A stretch of DNA of 63,312 nucleotides, counting the filler. It is 7 parts of 7 records of this genome, joined end to end, with 100 filler letters (N's around TTAATTAATTAA, not from the genome) between each part and the next. Parts side by side here need not be neighbours in the genome. Positions count along the whole stretch, not along the records: positions 42,044 to 58,037 come from DRR723986_10687; 6 more parts are not named here. The stretch is one strand, 5' to 3'. The position numbers were made by a program, and so were the translations under genes. Every line of letters begins with the position of its first letter. The stretch's first letter is position 1. Shown here one piece after another: positions 42,576 through 52,821 of the stretch. The notes beneath the pieces were generated by a model, which was given only the letters and a program-made list of their open reading frames with translations, did no database searches and had not been told where the DNA came from.

Positions 42576-43547
42576 TTAGGCCGAGCGTGCAATCGTGAAC
42601 TCTGCAAAATTTTCGAGGGAAGTGCGGGCTTCACTTTCAGGCAGGCCTGCCAGCTTACCCTTGGCCTCTTCCACTAAATCGCGTGCGCGTTTTTGGGCAT
42701 AGTCAATGCCACCGCGATCCTGCACGAATTGGGCAACGCGCTTGACGTCATCGCGATTAGGTTTGCCCTTGACAATTTTCATAATTGACTTCGCTTCCGA
42801 GCGTGGCGCGTTGGCAAAAGAATGAATCAGCGGTAAAGTCAGCTTCTTCTGCTTTAGGTCGTTACCGACGGGTTTGCCAATCGCAAAACCGGTTCCAAGG
42901 TAGTCGAATATGTCATCGCGAATCTGGAAAGCGCAGCCGATCAGCTCACCGTAATCGCGTAAATTAGCCTGGACCTGTTCGTCGTCAGTTGCACTGACGG
43001 CACCAATCTCACAGCTGCAAGCGATCAGCGAGGCAGTTTTGTCGCCAATGATTTTGAAGTAGGTCTCTTCGTCGATATCCAGCAGTTTAGACTTCTGAAT
43101 CTGCAGCAACTCACCTTCACTCATCCGCTGCACGGCACGACTGGTAATCTGCAGAAAGCGGAATTCGCCGGCGTCAACAGCTGCGAGCAAACCACGTGCC
43201 AACAGGTAATCACCCAATAGCACGGCAACTTTGTTTTTCCAGACGGCATTGATGGAGGCGATTCCGCGGCGTTCACCGGACTGATCAACTACATCGTCGT
43301 GTACCAATGCGGCGGTATGCAGCAACTCAACCATTGTGGCTCCCACGTAACTGCGTGGGCCGGCTTTGCCACAGGCCGCAGCACTGAGAAGCGTCAACAT
43401 TGGTCGTACGCGTTTACCGGTTCGCCGGGTCATGTAGCGCACGATCGTTTCGAGCAGCATGACCTTGGAATCGATGTGAGAACGGTAGACTTTGGAAAAT
43501 TCTTCGATGTCAGCGGCGACGGGCTTGGAGATTTTTTTGAGGTCCAT
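42576..43547 (-). CDS. Long-chain polyprenyl diphosphate synthase (IspB-like)
   Basis: GKRVRP, LVHDDVVD...RRG, KTA, FQIRDDIFD. Confidence 0.93.
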   Translation of the reverse strand: MDLKKISKPVAADIEEFSKVYRSHIDSKVMLLETIVRYMTRRTGKRVRPMLTLLSAAACGKAGPRSYVGATMVELLHTAALVHDDVVDQSGERRGIASINAVWKNKVAVLLGDYLLARGLLAAVDAGEFRFLQITSRAVQRMSEGELLQIQKSKLLDIDEETYFKIIGDKTASLIACSCEIGAVSATDDEQVQANLRDYGELIGCAFQIRDDIFDYLGTGFAIGKPVGNDLKQKKLTLPLIHSFANAPRSEAKSIMKIVKGKPNRDDVKRVAQFVQDRGGIDYAQKRARDLVEEAKGKLAGLPESEARTSLENFAEFTIARSA

Positions 43548-43591
43548 GTACAGCTTTACTGATAATCATCAAAAACGGTAATCTTGTGCAG

Positions 43592-44377
43592 TTAATTTGA
43601 AACTGCTGCCTGCTCGCCCTTCCGCGGTTGTTTCGCGGCGAATTTAGCGATTACTACACTCAATTCATATAGAATCGCCACCGGAACTGCAAAGGTCAAC
43701 TGTCCAATCGGGTCGGGTGAAGGCGTTAGAATTGCAGCGATAATCAGGATGATCACGTAGGCATGCCGGCGATAAGTCCGCAGGAATTCAGACGTCACAA
43801 TCCCAAGGCGCGCCAGTACATATGTCACCATCGGCAACTCAAATATCAGCCCGGCACTCAGAACAGTCATTGAAAGAAAGCTGAAGTAAAAGTTGATTTC
43901 AATGTCGTTACTGACGCCCTCAAACTCCATGCTTGTAGCAAATCCCAGCATCATCGGCATCATGACGTAGTACGCAAACAGAATGCCAACCGCAAAACAC
44001 AGAGTTGAAAGCAGCGTAATGCGCGACGCCCAACGGCGCTCACTCTCATAGAGGCCAGGCGAAACGAATTTCCACAACTGGTGCAGCACAAAGGGAAATC
44101 CAAGGATGATCCCCGCCACCAGAATGATCTTAAAGAAGAAAAAGGGCTGGCCCATCGGACGCAGATTCTGCATGCGCATTCCCGAATCCAGAACCGGTGC
44201 CAGAACCACGTCCGTAATGATAAACTCACCAAAGAAGCTGGCAACCAAACAGCCGGCCGCCACACCCAATACGGCATAGATGACTCGCTTGCGCAACTCT
44301 TCTAAATGCCCAAGGAAGCCCAAACCTTCCGGCGCACTTGCCTGGTCTTTTTCTTGTCCGTCTGTTTCGTCTGCCAT
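43592..44377 (-). CDS. tatC: Twin-arginine translocase subunit TatC
   Basis: HLEELR.R, Q.W.FVSPGLY..E, FELP, AILTP.PDP, LYE. Confidence 0.96.
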   Translation of the reverse strand: MADETDGQEKDQASAPEGLGFLGHLEELRKRVIYAVLGVAAGCLVASFFGEFIITDVVLAPVLDSGMRMQNLRPMGQPFFFFKIILVAGIILGFPFVLHQLWKFVSPGLYESERRWASRITLLSTLCFAVGILFAYYVMMPMMLGFATSMEFEGVSNDIEINFYFSFLSMTVLSAGLIFELPMVTYVLARLGIVTSEFLRTYRRHAYVIILIIAAILTPSPDPIGQLTFAVPVAILYELSVVIAKFAAKQPRKGEQAAVSN

Positions 44378-45282
44378 AGTCTTCTTTTGCGCGTCTAAAA
44401 TCCACAGTCGACACAGTCAAAATCTGCGCCACAGCGAATGGAATGCCAGTTTCAGGAGCGATGTTACAACACAACGCGGCCTGCACCTCAGTGACGATCA
44501 AAATACGCATAATTGTTCACTGTGATTTCCAGACCTCAGCCACAAACCACCGTATCAGAAATGTTCTGCGGCTCCAGCCCAGCAACCACGGGCTCTTAAG
44601 CCCGTCCAGCGCACAAGACCTGCCCTGATTTCAAAGCCGAACACGCCGCCAGACCGTTTGCGAACGCCATCATACACAAGCTCAAGGCCGGCATAAAGTT
44701 GAATTTCCAGATTCCCACCTCAAAAGTGACACAATATTCCCAGCCCAATTCGTCGAACAGCAACCCAAAACGGACCAACATCAAACGATCGTCAGTATGT
44801 CGACAGCTGCATAACCCGCATCAATGCGGGCGTCGCAAAAAAGTTGGTCAGTTTTTTACAAAATGGTCGTGCATAGAAGCATGATTTTTGTATTTTCGAA
44901 ACCCATTTTTACCCGGGCGACTGCGCACTTTAAGGTCTATCCCCTGAGTGCTTCCAGAGCAACTGTTGATGTGGGATCAACATCTGGAAATTCTGTCACA
45001 GGCCGAAGTAACTTTTCTGTGTTTAGATGCAAGACATTAATTCGCTTTTAGCCAATTATTCTGCTTGCCTCGCAAAACAGAAAGTGATAAACTTCGGTGT
45101 TCTGCAACAACAGCGCTCCCCATTTGTATTGACTCCTACCAGGAAGTTGCCCAGTCAATTTCGGCTTCCTGCTCCAGAACGGGCCGCGCAACGTTGGATC
45201 TCTTCGGCGGATTGACGCAGCCCCTTCGTCCCCAAGTAAACGGCACATAACTGAATCGGTTTTGGCGAGCAAAGGCTAGACT

Positions 45283-46797
45283 ATGAGCTCTAAGTCTATG
45301 GACTTTTTTGTCTCTGATACTCAAAATGCGGTCGGCAATAGCGTGAATTCTGACATGCCCGCAGAGGGCCACCTGCATTTTGACTCCCCATCTGATCCAC
45401 AATCCATGTGGAAACGCTGCCTTGATATCATCAAGGACAACGTAAATCCGCGCGTATACAAAACGTGGTTTGAGCCTATTCAGGCGCAAACCTGGGCAGA
45501 CAACCAACTGACAATCCAGGTTCCAAGCCAGTTCTTCTATGAATGGATAGAAGAACACTACTACGGCTTACTGCAGAAAACGATCAAACAGATCCTCGGC
45601 GCCGAAGCCAAACTGCAGTATCAGGTCGTAATGGATACCAGTGAGGAAGTCGAAACTACATCGCAAACCATGCGTTTGCCCGCGTTTCGGCAGGCACCCA
45701 CGCCGCCTCAAAAACCGCTGCCCTTTGCGTCCACTCCCAAGGTCGAAAAACATCAAGACCTGCCCACATTCCTGAACCCGCGCTACACCTTTGAAAACTT
45801 CATTCAGGGTGATAGCAACCAGTTGGCACATGCCGCTGCCATTGCCGTCTCCAAAAACCCTGGCGGTACGCGTTACAACCCACTCGTCCTGTACGGAGAC
45901 ACTGGTTTGGGTAAAACGCACCTGGCACAGGCAATCGGCAATTCAGCCCTGAAAATGAATGGTAACCTGCGCTGCGTCTATACGAACAGCGAACGTTTTA
46001 CCATGGAATACGTCAGTGCTGTGCAGAATAACAAAATCAATGAATTCACGAATTTCTACCGCAACGTAGATGTCCTGATCGTTGATGATATTCAGTTCTT
46101 TAGCGCCAAGGAAAAGACGCAGGATAACTTCTTCCACACCTTTAATGCCCTGCATCAGGCCGGTAAACAAATCATCCTGACCAGCGACAAAGCTCCACGC
46201 GAGTTGCAAGGGGTCCAGGAACGCCTCATCTCACGTTTTCAGTGGGGCCTCACCGCCGATATCCAGGCACCGGACTACGAAATGCGCCTCGCTATCCTGC
46301 AGCGCAAAGCAGCCGACGAAGGTGGCGATGAAATCCCCGGCAACGTACTCGACTATCTGGCACGTCACGTCACGTCCAGTGTGCGCGAATTGGAAGGCTG
46401 CCTCATCAGTCTCCTCGCCAAAGTCTCCCTGGATGCACGTGAGCTCAACCTCGATCTGGCCAAAGAAGTAGTCGGCGGCATTGCCTCCAACTCTCCGCGC
46501 AAGGTCATCACAATCGCATCTATCCAGGAAACCGTCAGTGAACACTTTGACATCCCCGTCGATCTGATCACCGGCAAAACGCGTAAACATCACATCGTGC
46601 TCGCTCGCCAGGTCGCCATGTACATCTGCAAGGAGTTAACCAAATCCTCCCTTAAGATGCTCGGCGCACACTTCGGTAATCGCGACCACACAACCGTGAT
46701 TCACTCTTGCCAAATGGTTGAAAACTACCTGGAAACCGACCCCAAGGTTCAAAAGGATGTTAACGACATTTTCAGCAATCTCGGGGTCACGCGTTAA
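45283..46797 (+). CDS. dnaA: Chromosomal replication initiator DnaA (start may be 45298 or later)
   Basis: YTFENF, YNPL..YG.TGLGKTHL, DDIQF, RL.SRF.WGL, RELEG, RDHTTVIHS. Confidence 0.98.
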   Translation: MSSKSMDFFVSDTQNAVGNSVNSDMPAEGHLHFDSPSDPQSMWKRCLDIIKDNVNPRVYKTWFEPIQAQTWADNQLTIQVPSQFFYEWIEEHYYGLLQKTIKQILGAEAKLQYQVVMDTSEEVETTSQTMRLPAFRQAPTPPQKPLPFASTPKVEKHQDLPTFLNPRYTFENFIQGDSNQLAHAAAIAVSKNPGGTRYNPLVLYGDTGLGKTHLAQAIGNSALKMNGNLRCVYTNSERFTMEYVSAVQNNKINEFTNFYRNVDVLIVDDIQFFSAKEKTQDNFFHTFNALHQAGKQIILTSDKAPRELQGVQERLISRFQWGLTADIQAPDYEMRLAILQRKAADEGGDEIPGNVLDYLARHVTSSVRELEGCLISLLAKVSLDARELNLDLAKEVVGGIASNSPRKVITIASIQETVSEHFDIPVDLITGKTRKHHIVLARQVAMYICKELTKSSLKMLGAHFGNRDHTTVIHSCQMVENYLETDPKVQKDVNDIFSNLGVTR

Positions 46798-46832
46798 CAT
46801 TCAACTGTTAACCAATCGACAGTCTTATTTGG

Positions 46833-46864
46833 CAGCCCGGCAATTTTGTCGGGCTGTTTTTGTT
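46833..46864 (+). terminator. Intrinsic terminator of dnaA
   Basis: CAGCCCGGCAA-tt-TTGTCGGGCTG followed by TTTTTGTT. Confidence 0.85.
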
Positions 46865-46991
46865 TAAATACTTTTTTCACTTCTGATTCCCGTCTTGGTT
46901 TATCCTTCAGCATTACAGTTTTCGCACACTTACTGCCGCGCGTGCGCTTAACCGGCCTTCAACTTTTAAGCAGCAAGGCCTTGCGTATTCC

Positions 46992-47011
46992 AAGCTTCCT
47001 GCCGGTCGCTT
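46992..47011 (-). promoter_or_regulatory. Conserved non-coding 20-mer, copy 3 (exact match to 304-323)
   Basis: Plus strand AAGCTTCCTGCCGGTCGCTT; related upstream block at 47031-47052. Confidence 0.55.
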
Positions 47012-47106
47012 GCCGTTTGTTCCCTGCCTTTTTAACAGCCTTCTTCTTTGTCTATGGGTCGGGAGTTAAACATCTCAAGACTGCTCAACTCGCCACGTTT
47101 TTCAAC

Positions 47107-47144
47107 AAAAGCGCCTGCAACACTCACCAGAGTGTTGCAGGCGC
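47107..47144 (-). terminator. Intrinsic terminator of the 1716-aa gene
   Basis: GCGCCTGCAACACTC-loop-GAGTGTTGCAGGCGC with AAAA on the left. Confidence 0.85.
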
Positions 47145-47203
47145 TAAGAGCAAAAAGAAGCAAGTACATCCAGATGTTCAACATTTACATCTGATAAAAC
47201 GGC

Positions 47204-50200
47204 TCAACGATTAATCACCAGCTTGGCCGTAACCGGCACGTCACCCGCTCCGGAATTCACGACCGTTTGAACCTGGTAAACTCCCGTCGGCAATGCTGCA
47301 ACATCTACGCGCCTGGCAGCATTTGCTTCGACCTGTAACTGCAGAGCACTCTGGCCCAAAGCATTTACGATGCGCACATCATACTTCTTCGATGCGGACT
47401 GAGGCACGCGCAGTAATAGCTCAAGTGTTTTGTCAGCTGGATTGGGGGCCAGGTTAAGCGTCGGCGCAGAATGGTTAATCTGCGGGTCACTGTCGAGGTC
47501 AAGATTCAGACCTGCACCTTGACGAAGGAGCGGCACCACTGAAAAAGCCCCAGGGTTGGCTGAACCGCCAATGTATGTGTCGCGCACCAGACGCGAACTT
47601 GGGATGGTAGGATAATACTCCAATTGGAAAGCTTCACCACCACCATTGAGCAGGTTAACCATCAAAATCTCAGGCGTTTCGCTAATCGTTGTTGGCAAAG
47701 GAATGTTAGTTCGAGCTCCCGTTGAAAGGCGAACAATATCCAGATTAACAATTGCTGGATCAGCGCCCATAACATTGATCTCGAAGAGGTTGGAAGCTCC
47801 AACGACAAATGGATCTGATGTTACTTTTGTTGGCTCTTTGTAACGCGTTATCGGTATTCCATTTTTCAATACGGTTTCAAGGATATCAGCTGTTGACTTA
47901 ACAGCAGCAAACGGAATTTCAATTCCGTCCAGTTGCGGAATAGACGTTCCGTAACGAATCGAGCAATCTGCATTAAACCCATACCAAGAGTTATAACCTG
48001 AGTTGGGATGTAAAGTTGAGAATGCTTCGCGTGAAAAGTCAACCGTCGGACCGAATCCTTCTTCAAATGTTATGGCGTTGTCATAGTACTCGTCGGCAGC
48101 AGTAACGCTTGAAGCACCTGAAAGTTGAGAGTAGGCACCCGGTCGCGAAGTCAACTCATATGCTCGCTGATTTACTTCACTTACGAATGGCAAGCCCCAA
48201 TATGAACGCGGGGCAACCCATAAACTTGACTGATCGCGTTTAACATCTAGGAACTTCGTTTCGGTAAAACTAAGTGCATAAGCGCGTTCACTATGGTTTT
48301 CGTTGCAATTGATATCGTCAGCCTGCCCCGGTGCTAGTGAAGGAAATCGTAAAAAATTACTGTTAAGTGTCGCCAACCATTCTAATTCTGAAAAGTTAAT
48401 CACCAAACCGCCAGGTGTTGGGTAGCTAATATCAATGTCAATATCGCGCTCAAAAATGCGATACTGCGATGCCCCTGTTGTCTCCAGGAAACTTCCTTCC
48501 CAGTAAATGCGCTCCAGGTTATGAGTGTGTTGAGAAAAACCGCATCCGACACTTTCAACAAATCTTTCAGAACTGCGATGAACTACAGGGAAATCGTTCA
48601 GATCTGAACAAATGGATTCACTAAATTGTGCGATTGTACTTGCTGCGTTAAGAGTAGGCATGATGTAACCGTTTAAGTCCGGCAGAAAATTCTCAATCGT
48701 AAGAGATGGCGGAAATAGCTGTTGTTGCAAACGCAAGCGCGTATAGTAAACCTGTCCACTTTCCGACCATACGAGCGAAGCGGTTTCATCTGCTTCACAA
48801 ACCGAAGATAAGTCACAGTCCTGTCCTGAGAACGGACGGGAGTATGAATTTAATGATGGATGGCGTGCCAGTCCCGGCGAATGTGGTGTCGTAAAACTCA
48901 AATATTGCGGAACGACATCAAAAGACCCGGAGAGTAAATATTTAAACGCTACACCTATTCCACCGTTGTCATCGCTCCAAGTATAGTAGTTTCCACGCGG
49001 ACCGGCGCAAATCATTGGTGTACCCGCATCCTCGGACACCTGACCACTATACGAGATTAGGGCCTGCCCAAGGGTTGAAGGCGTATCGAAGGGAAATCGA
49101 TTTTCAACGATAAAACTCTGACCATTTATTTCTGCAGCGTATACAACAATTGCTTCCGGCACTGCACCATCAACTTCATCTCGCACAACAATCGCAGGGT
49201 AACCTGCAGTCGTTATAGTATTTGTGAAAAGCCCACCTAGTTCAACTGCGTCCTGTGAAATTAACACTTCATCTTCCCAAGTGACGACTCGATTATCTGG
49301 AAGAACATTTGGGTCTGCACTTCCCAATTGGTAGTACACATCCATTGAACCATCCCCTTCGATTCGATGAAAAACGCGCGCATACACAAGGTTGCCGGTA
49401 TTCGGATCGGTAAAGCGAATCATTTTGCGCTGATTGGAATTGCTAAGATGCCCAGAATGTCGAACCTGAACACGAAATAGCTTACCTTCCCCGGGTCTTA
49501 GACGCGTCGTAAAGTTTTCAGAGTGGCCGATTTCCTCAGGTTGACCAGTTACTCCGACTTCACTTATCGCGTAACCAACCACTGTTGGTTTGGGTCGCAA
49601 AAACTCGAGTTCATATTCCCGCGATCCGGCTTGATGATACTCCACCATGGGGTCCGTGCTCTGGTCAATTATGTCGCGAAATTCCGCACCGGTAACGAAC
49701 CTCCGGCCCGGAGCAACTTCGTGTCCAACACCAATGTATTCAGGGCGGGTTCCATCCAGCGTTGGATCAGTTCTACGGTTTATTATCCCGATGTAGTACA
49801 CGTCATCCATATTTGAAAGGCGTGTATCACGCAGCAACATTACTCCAAAAAATGTATGATGCTCATTTTCTAGATTGTTGCTCTCATTGATTATGCGAAC
49901 TCTTTTTTTGAGGTCTGAAATGTTAACTCGATCACTCAATTGTGTGAACCCATTTTCATCCGCCAATTCATATTCGCGAAATCCTTTGTCGTACCACGCA
50001 ACTAATTCCAGGTTTTCAATTGTTTCGCGGTTTTCGTCAATGACAGTGTGGATGTCGCGGAGTTCCAATCGTTGGCTTGTACGCCCCATGTAGATTCGAT
50101 CAGTGTTAACCGTCCCATCGTTATGGCGAATCCCCAAATTGCCTGCAACGTCAACGAGTGGAATGTCTTCGAACAAGCCGCTTTCGTCTAGTGGAACAAG

Positions 50201-52354
50201 AAAATCACCGCCCAGGATGTGATCTTGGGTCAGTAGAAAATCCTCATCATGCAGAGGATCTGGGGCCGGATGGGGGTCTGGGTCGAATGCGGTTGTATCA
50301 TCAACTCTGTTGTGTGGACCGACGCTGCGAAAGTCAGCACCATTAACTGTTTCAGACGTTTCGGGAAACCAATATATCAGGCCTTTCGCTCCCAATAGCG
50401 TTGGGTACCAACACAGCAAGCGCAACTCTTCTGAGGTTAAAGGGCGTGTTCTGCTGTTCTCTAACCAATAGTTTGGCTCTGTTTCCCACTCACTTGCCAA
50501 CCAGATATTGGAGATCCAGGGTACCTCATCAAAAAGATAGTCTGGGGTATTGATATAGTAATCGACAAGTTGGCGTTCGATATGCAGCTGCAACCCCACA
50601 GCGTTTGAGAGCCACCCATTATCAAGAGTTTCAATATTCTGCTGACCTGTCAGTGGTAAAGTACCATTATATCCTAATACGGAAGCCTCATAGTCGATCG
50701 CTTGGACAGGATCGTTTTCATCCCACCCCATCTGATAGCCACCATAAAAGTTCAGGTAGTCTTGTTGTCTATTCTGATCATCAGTAGCTTGATTACCTGT
50801 GAATGGCCCCCCCGGATGATAAAATCCGTTCGGAATATACGGTGCGGCGGCGGAATGGTAGAACCTCAGCGTTTGGCCGGACCAAAACTCCGAGGGTTGA
50901 CAGATTTGGATGTACTCATTGTAGTAGTGATTCACTTGCCTTATGACATTTGTATTCGTTCCAGCATTAACAATCTTACTTGTGTTTAACTCTGTTACCG
51001 CCCGCCCGCCAGTTAATTGGTTTATGTATCTTTGTGCCAGATACTGTGAGGGTTCAGGCTCATCCAATCCAAAAAATCTGTGAACATGTGTTTCACCTAT
51101 GCTTCCGTCGGGAAGAGTATAGCCTGTATGCGGGAAGTCTCTAAGACGATTTCTCCAGACAGTACTTACGTCCGCATCGGCATCACCCCAGAACAAATTC
51201 CGTGCGTTTGGTGCTTCGATTCGTATCCAATCGATTGCTACGTTTGTACCACCGTAATATGTCACGATGATATTAAAATTGCGAATTTCTCCCGCAACAG
51301 CAGTACTTCGTCCAAGCCGTAGGAGCGGGTTCGTTGATTCACCAAGTCGAAAAAACCTGGAGACGGTAATTTCTTCTGGATTCTGACCATTTGGTAGCAT
51401 CTCTTTTGTTATGAACATCTCGTTAGAAGCAGCAGGGTTCGGCTGAACTCTTTGTCCCCGAGAATTGGCAACACCAGGATAGTGATTGGGAACAGTCGCA
51501 TTGGGGTCAAGGAAGGGAAGGTGTGAAAACTCTATGTATCCGCTCGTCCTATCATTTGTAGTATACTGCAGTTGTATCCTGAGAACGTTGTCAGTTGCAT
51601 TAAATGGCCCAGGCTCTTCTTCACTTCTCCGCAGCTTAACACTCAAAAACCAATTTCGACCGGCAAGTCTGTCCCGATCAGCGACGGTAGCGTTGGCCTC
51701 GACTACATGAGTTCTGAAAATTTCATCATCTGGAAAATTGCCACTTAACACCTCAATACCATTAGTCTGGTTCGCCGTATTCGAATTTTCATCCAAAACT
51801 TGGTCGGCTCTCAGTTCAAAGTGATGATACAACTCCGACTGTGGGTTTGACTCCGTGATTCCATCTGAATGACGATAGTTAAATCCAAACGCTGCAGGGG
51901 ATTCATCATTGTCACGGATTTCAAATCCATCTTGAGATGCGCTCAACTCTGGATCGAATTGCATCGCGACTCCATACAACAGATTGATGGTCTCGATATT
52001 CTGCGTATGACCTTCGTGGTTTAGTGGACGCGCCGGGAATCTCGGATGAATGTAGTAGAGATAGCTGGCATCTTTCGCACCGGTTTCCAACTCCCAATCC
52101 GGATCGTTCCCATTAATCGCTGAATAATCCACTTGATGGAAAACATTCGTTCGAAACTCGTCGTTTAACGGTTGCACCGATTGCCCCCAATTCCAGCCCA
52201 ACTGAAACCCAGGGTCCGGGGTTTGTGCAAATTCAGGTGCATTTGGCGCATATATCGGCGGCGGATCGCCATCCTGGGCTCTCAGTTCATTCCCAAAAAT
52301 CACCATTAACAATCCCAAAATCGATATCATGTTTCGAATATTCAATTTCTTCAT
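47204..52354 (-). CDS. 1716-aa secreted multidomain protein with T9SS-type C-terminal domain and putative glycoside-hydrolase-like barrel
   Basis: AAAGGAG RBS before ATG 52354; signal peptide; GLDEP and PLTSEELR...LLGAKGLIYW; C-terminal LAPNPA...NALGQ...PTGVY. Confidence 0.8.
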   Translation of the reverse strand: MKKLNIRNMISILGLLMVIFGNELRAQDGDPPPIYAPNAPEFAQTPDPGFQLGWNWGQSVQPLNDEFRTNVFHQVDYSAINGNDPDWELETGAKDASYLYYIHPRFPARPLNHEGHTQNIETINLLYGVAMQFDPELSASQDGFEIRDNDESPAAFGFNYRHSDGITESNPQSELYHHFELRADQVLDENSNTANQTNGIEVLSGNFPDDEIFRTHVVEANATVADRDRLAGRNWFLSVKLRRSEEEPGPFNATDNVLRIQLQYTTNDRTSGYIEFSHLPFLDPNATVPNHYPGVANSRGQRVQPNPAASNEMFITKEMLPNGQNPEEITVSRFFRLGESTNPLLRLGRSTAVAGEIRNFNIIVTYYGGTNVAIDWIRIEAPNARNLFWGDADADVSTVWRNRLRDFPHTGYTLPDGSIGETHVHRFFGLDEPEPSQYLAQRYINQLTGGRAVTELNTSKIVNAGTNTNVIRQVNHYYNEYIQICQPSEFWSGQTLRFYHSAAAPYIPNGFYHPGGPFTGNQATDDQNRQQDYLNFYGGYQMGWDENDPVQAIDYEASVLGYNGTLPLTGQQNIETLDNGWLSNAVGLQLHIERQLVDYYINTPDYLFDEVPWISNIWLASEWETEPNYWLENSRTRPLTSEELRLLCWYPTLLGAKGLIYWFPETSETVNGADFRSVGPHNRVDDTTAFDPDPHPAPDPLHDEDFLLTQDHILGGDFLVPLDESGLFEDIPLVDVAGNLGIRHNDGTVNTDRIYMGRTSQRLELRDIHTVIDENRETIENLELVAWYDKGFREYELADENGFTQLSDRVNISDLKKRVRIINESNNLENEHHTFFGVMLLRDTRLSNMDDVYYIGIINRRTDPTLDGTRPEYIGVGHEVAPGRRFVTGAEFRDIIDQSTDPMVEYHQAGSREYELEFLRPKPTVVGYAISEVGVTGQPEEIGHSENFTTRLRPGEGKLFRVQVRHSGHLSNSNQRKMIRFTDPNTGNLVYARVFHRIEGDGSMDVYYQLGSADPNVLPDNRVVTWEDEVLISQDAVELGGLFTNTITTAGYPAIVVRDEVDGAVPEAIVVYAAEINGQSFIVENRFPFDTPSTLGQALISYSGQVSEDAGTPMICAGPRGNYYTWSDDNGGIGVAFKYLLSGSFDVVPQYLSFTTPHSPGLARHPSLNSYSRPFSGQDCDLSSVCEADETASLVWSESGQVYYTRLRLQQQLFPPSLTIENFLPDLNGYIMPTLNAASTIAQFSESICSDLNDFPVVHRSSERFVESVGCGFSQHTHNLERIYWEGSFLETTGASQYRIFERDIDIDISYPTPGGLVINFSELEWLATLNSNFLRFPSLAPGQADDINCNENHSERAYALSFTETKFLDVKRDQSSLWVAPRSYWGLPFVSEVNQRAYELTSRPGAYSQLSGASSVTAADEYYDNAITFEEGFGPTVDFSREAFSTLHPNSGYNSWYGFNADCSIRYGTSIPQLDGIEIPFAAVKSTADILETVLKNGIPITRYKEPTKVTSDPFVVGASNLFEINVMGADPAIVNLDIVRLSTGARTNIPLPTTISETPEILMVNLLNGGGEAFQLEYYPTIPSSRLVRDTYIGGSANPGAFSVVPLLRQGAGLNLDLDSDPQINHSAPTLNLAPNPADKTLELLLRVPQSASKKYDVRIVNALGQSALQLQVEANAARRVDVAALPTGVYQVQTVVNSGAGDVPVTAKLVINR

Positions 52355-52749
52355 AATAGCTCCTTTACATAACACATCGTCGGGCAGCAACGGTTTGAAT
52401 AAAATGTGTATCCAAATAATGGGTAAATCCCTTTGGCGGCCTGCATGTTTAACATTGAGACCTCATGGATTGTCTAACAAGACAACAACGATGGCAGAAT
52501 CAAAAGCAGGAAACACAAGGGCAACTAACCAGTACGAATGCGTGACGTACAAATCATACGGAGTGACCGGCGCACGAGTTTAACTACTGCAGAGCTTCTC
52601 CGGACTTTCAAAGGTTCTCCTGGAAGCAGTTCAACAGTGAAGTAGTATTGCACAGTCTGACAAGTAAATTGCCGGCCGGTTGGCGCAGGTAATTATCAAG
52701 ACTTGTGGATGGGGGATGAGTTTGATGTTGCGAGTTTAGCGAAAAGTGT

Positions 52750-52785
52750 GAATAGCACCAGTTCAAAACTAAACCGGTGCTATTC
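52750..52785. terminator. Hairpin downstream of the 1057-aa gene
   Basis: GAATAGCACC.GTT...AAC.GGTGCTATTC. Confidence 0.6.
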
Positions 52786-52821
52786 GTTTATTTCGGACCG
52801 GTTAACATCTATCTATCGGGT

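Noticed and set aside
46846-47214. 122-aa ORF between dnaA and the giant gene
   Set aside because: Starts inside one terminator and crosses another; no RBS and no recognisable protein features
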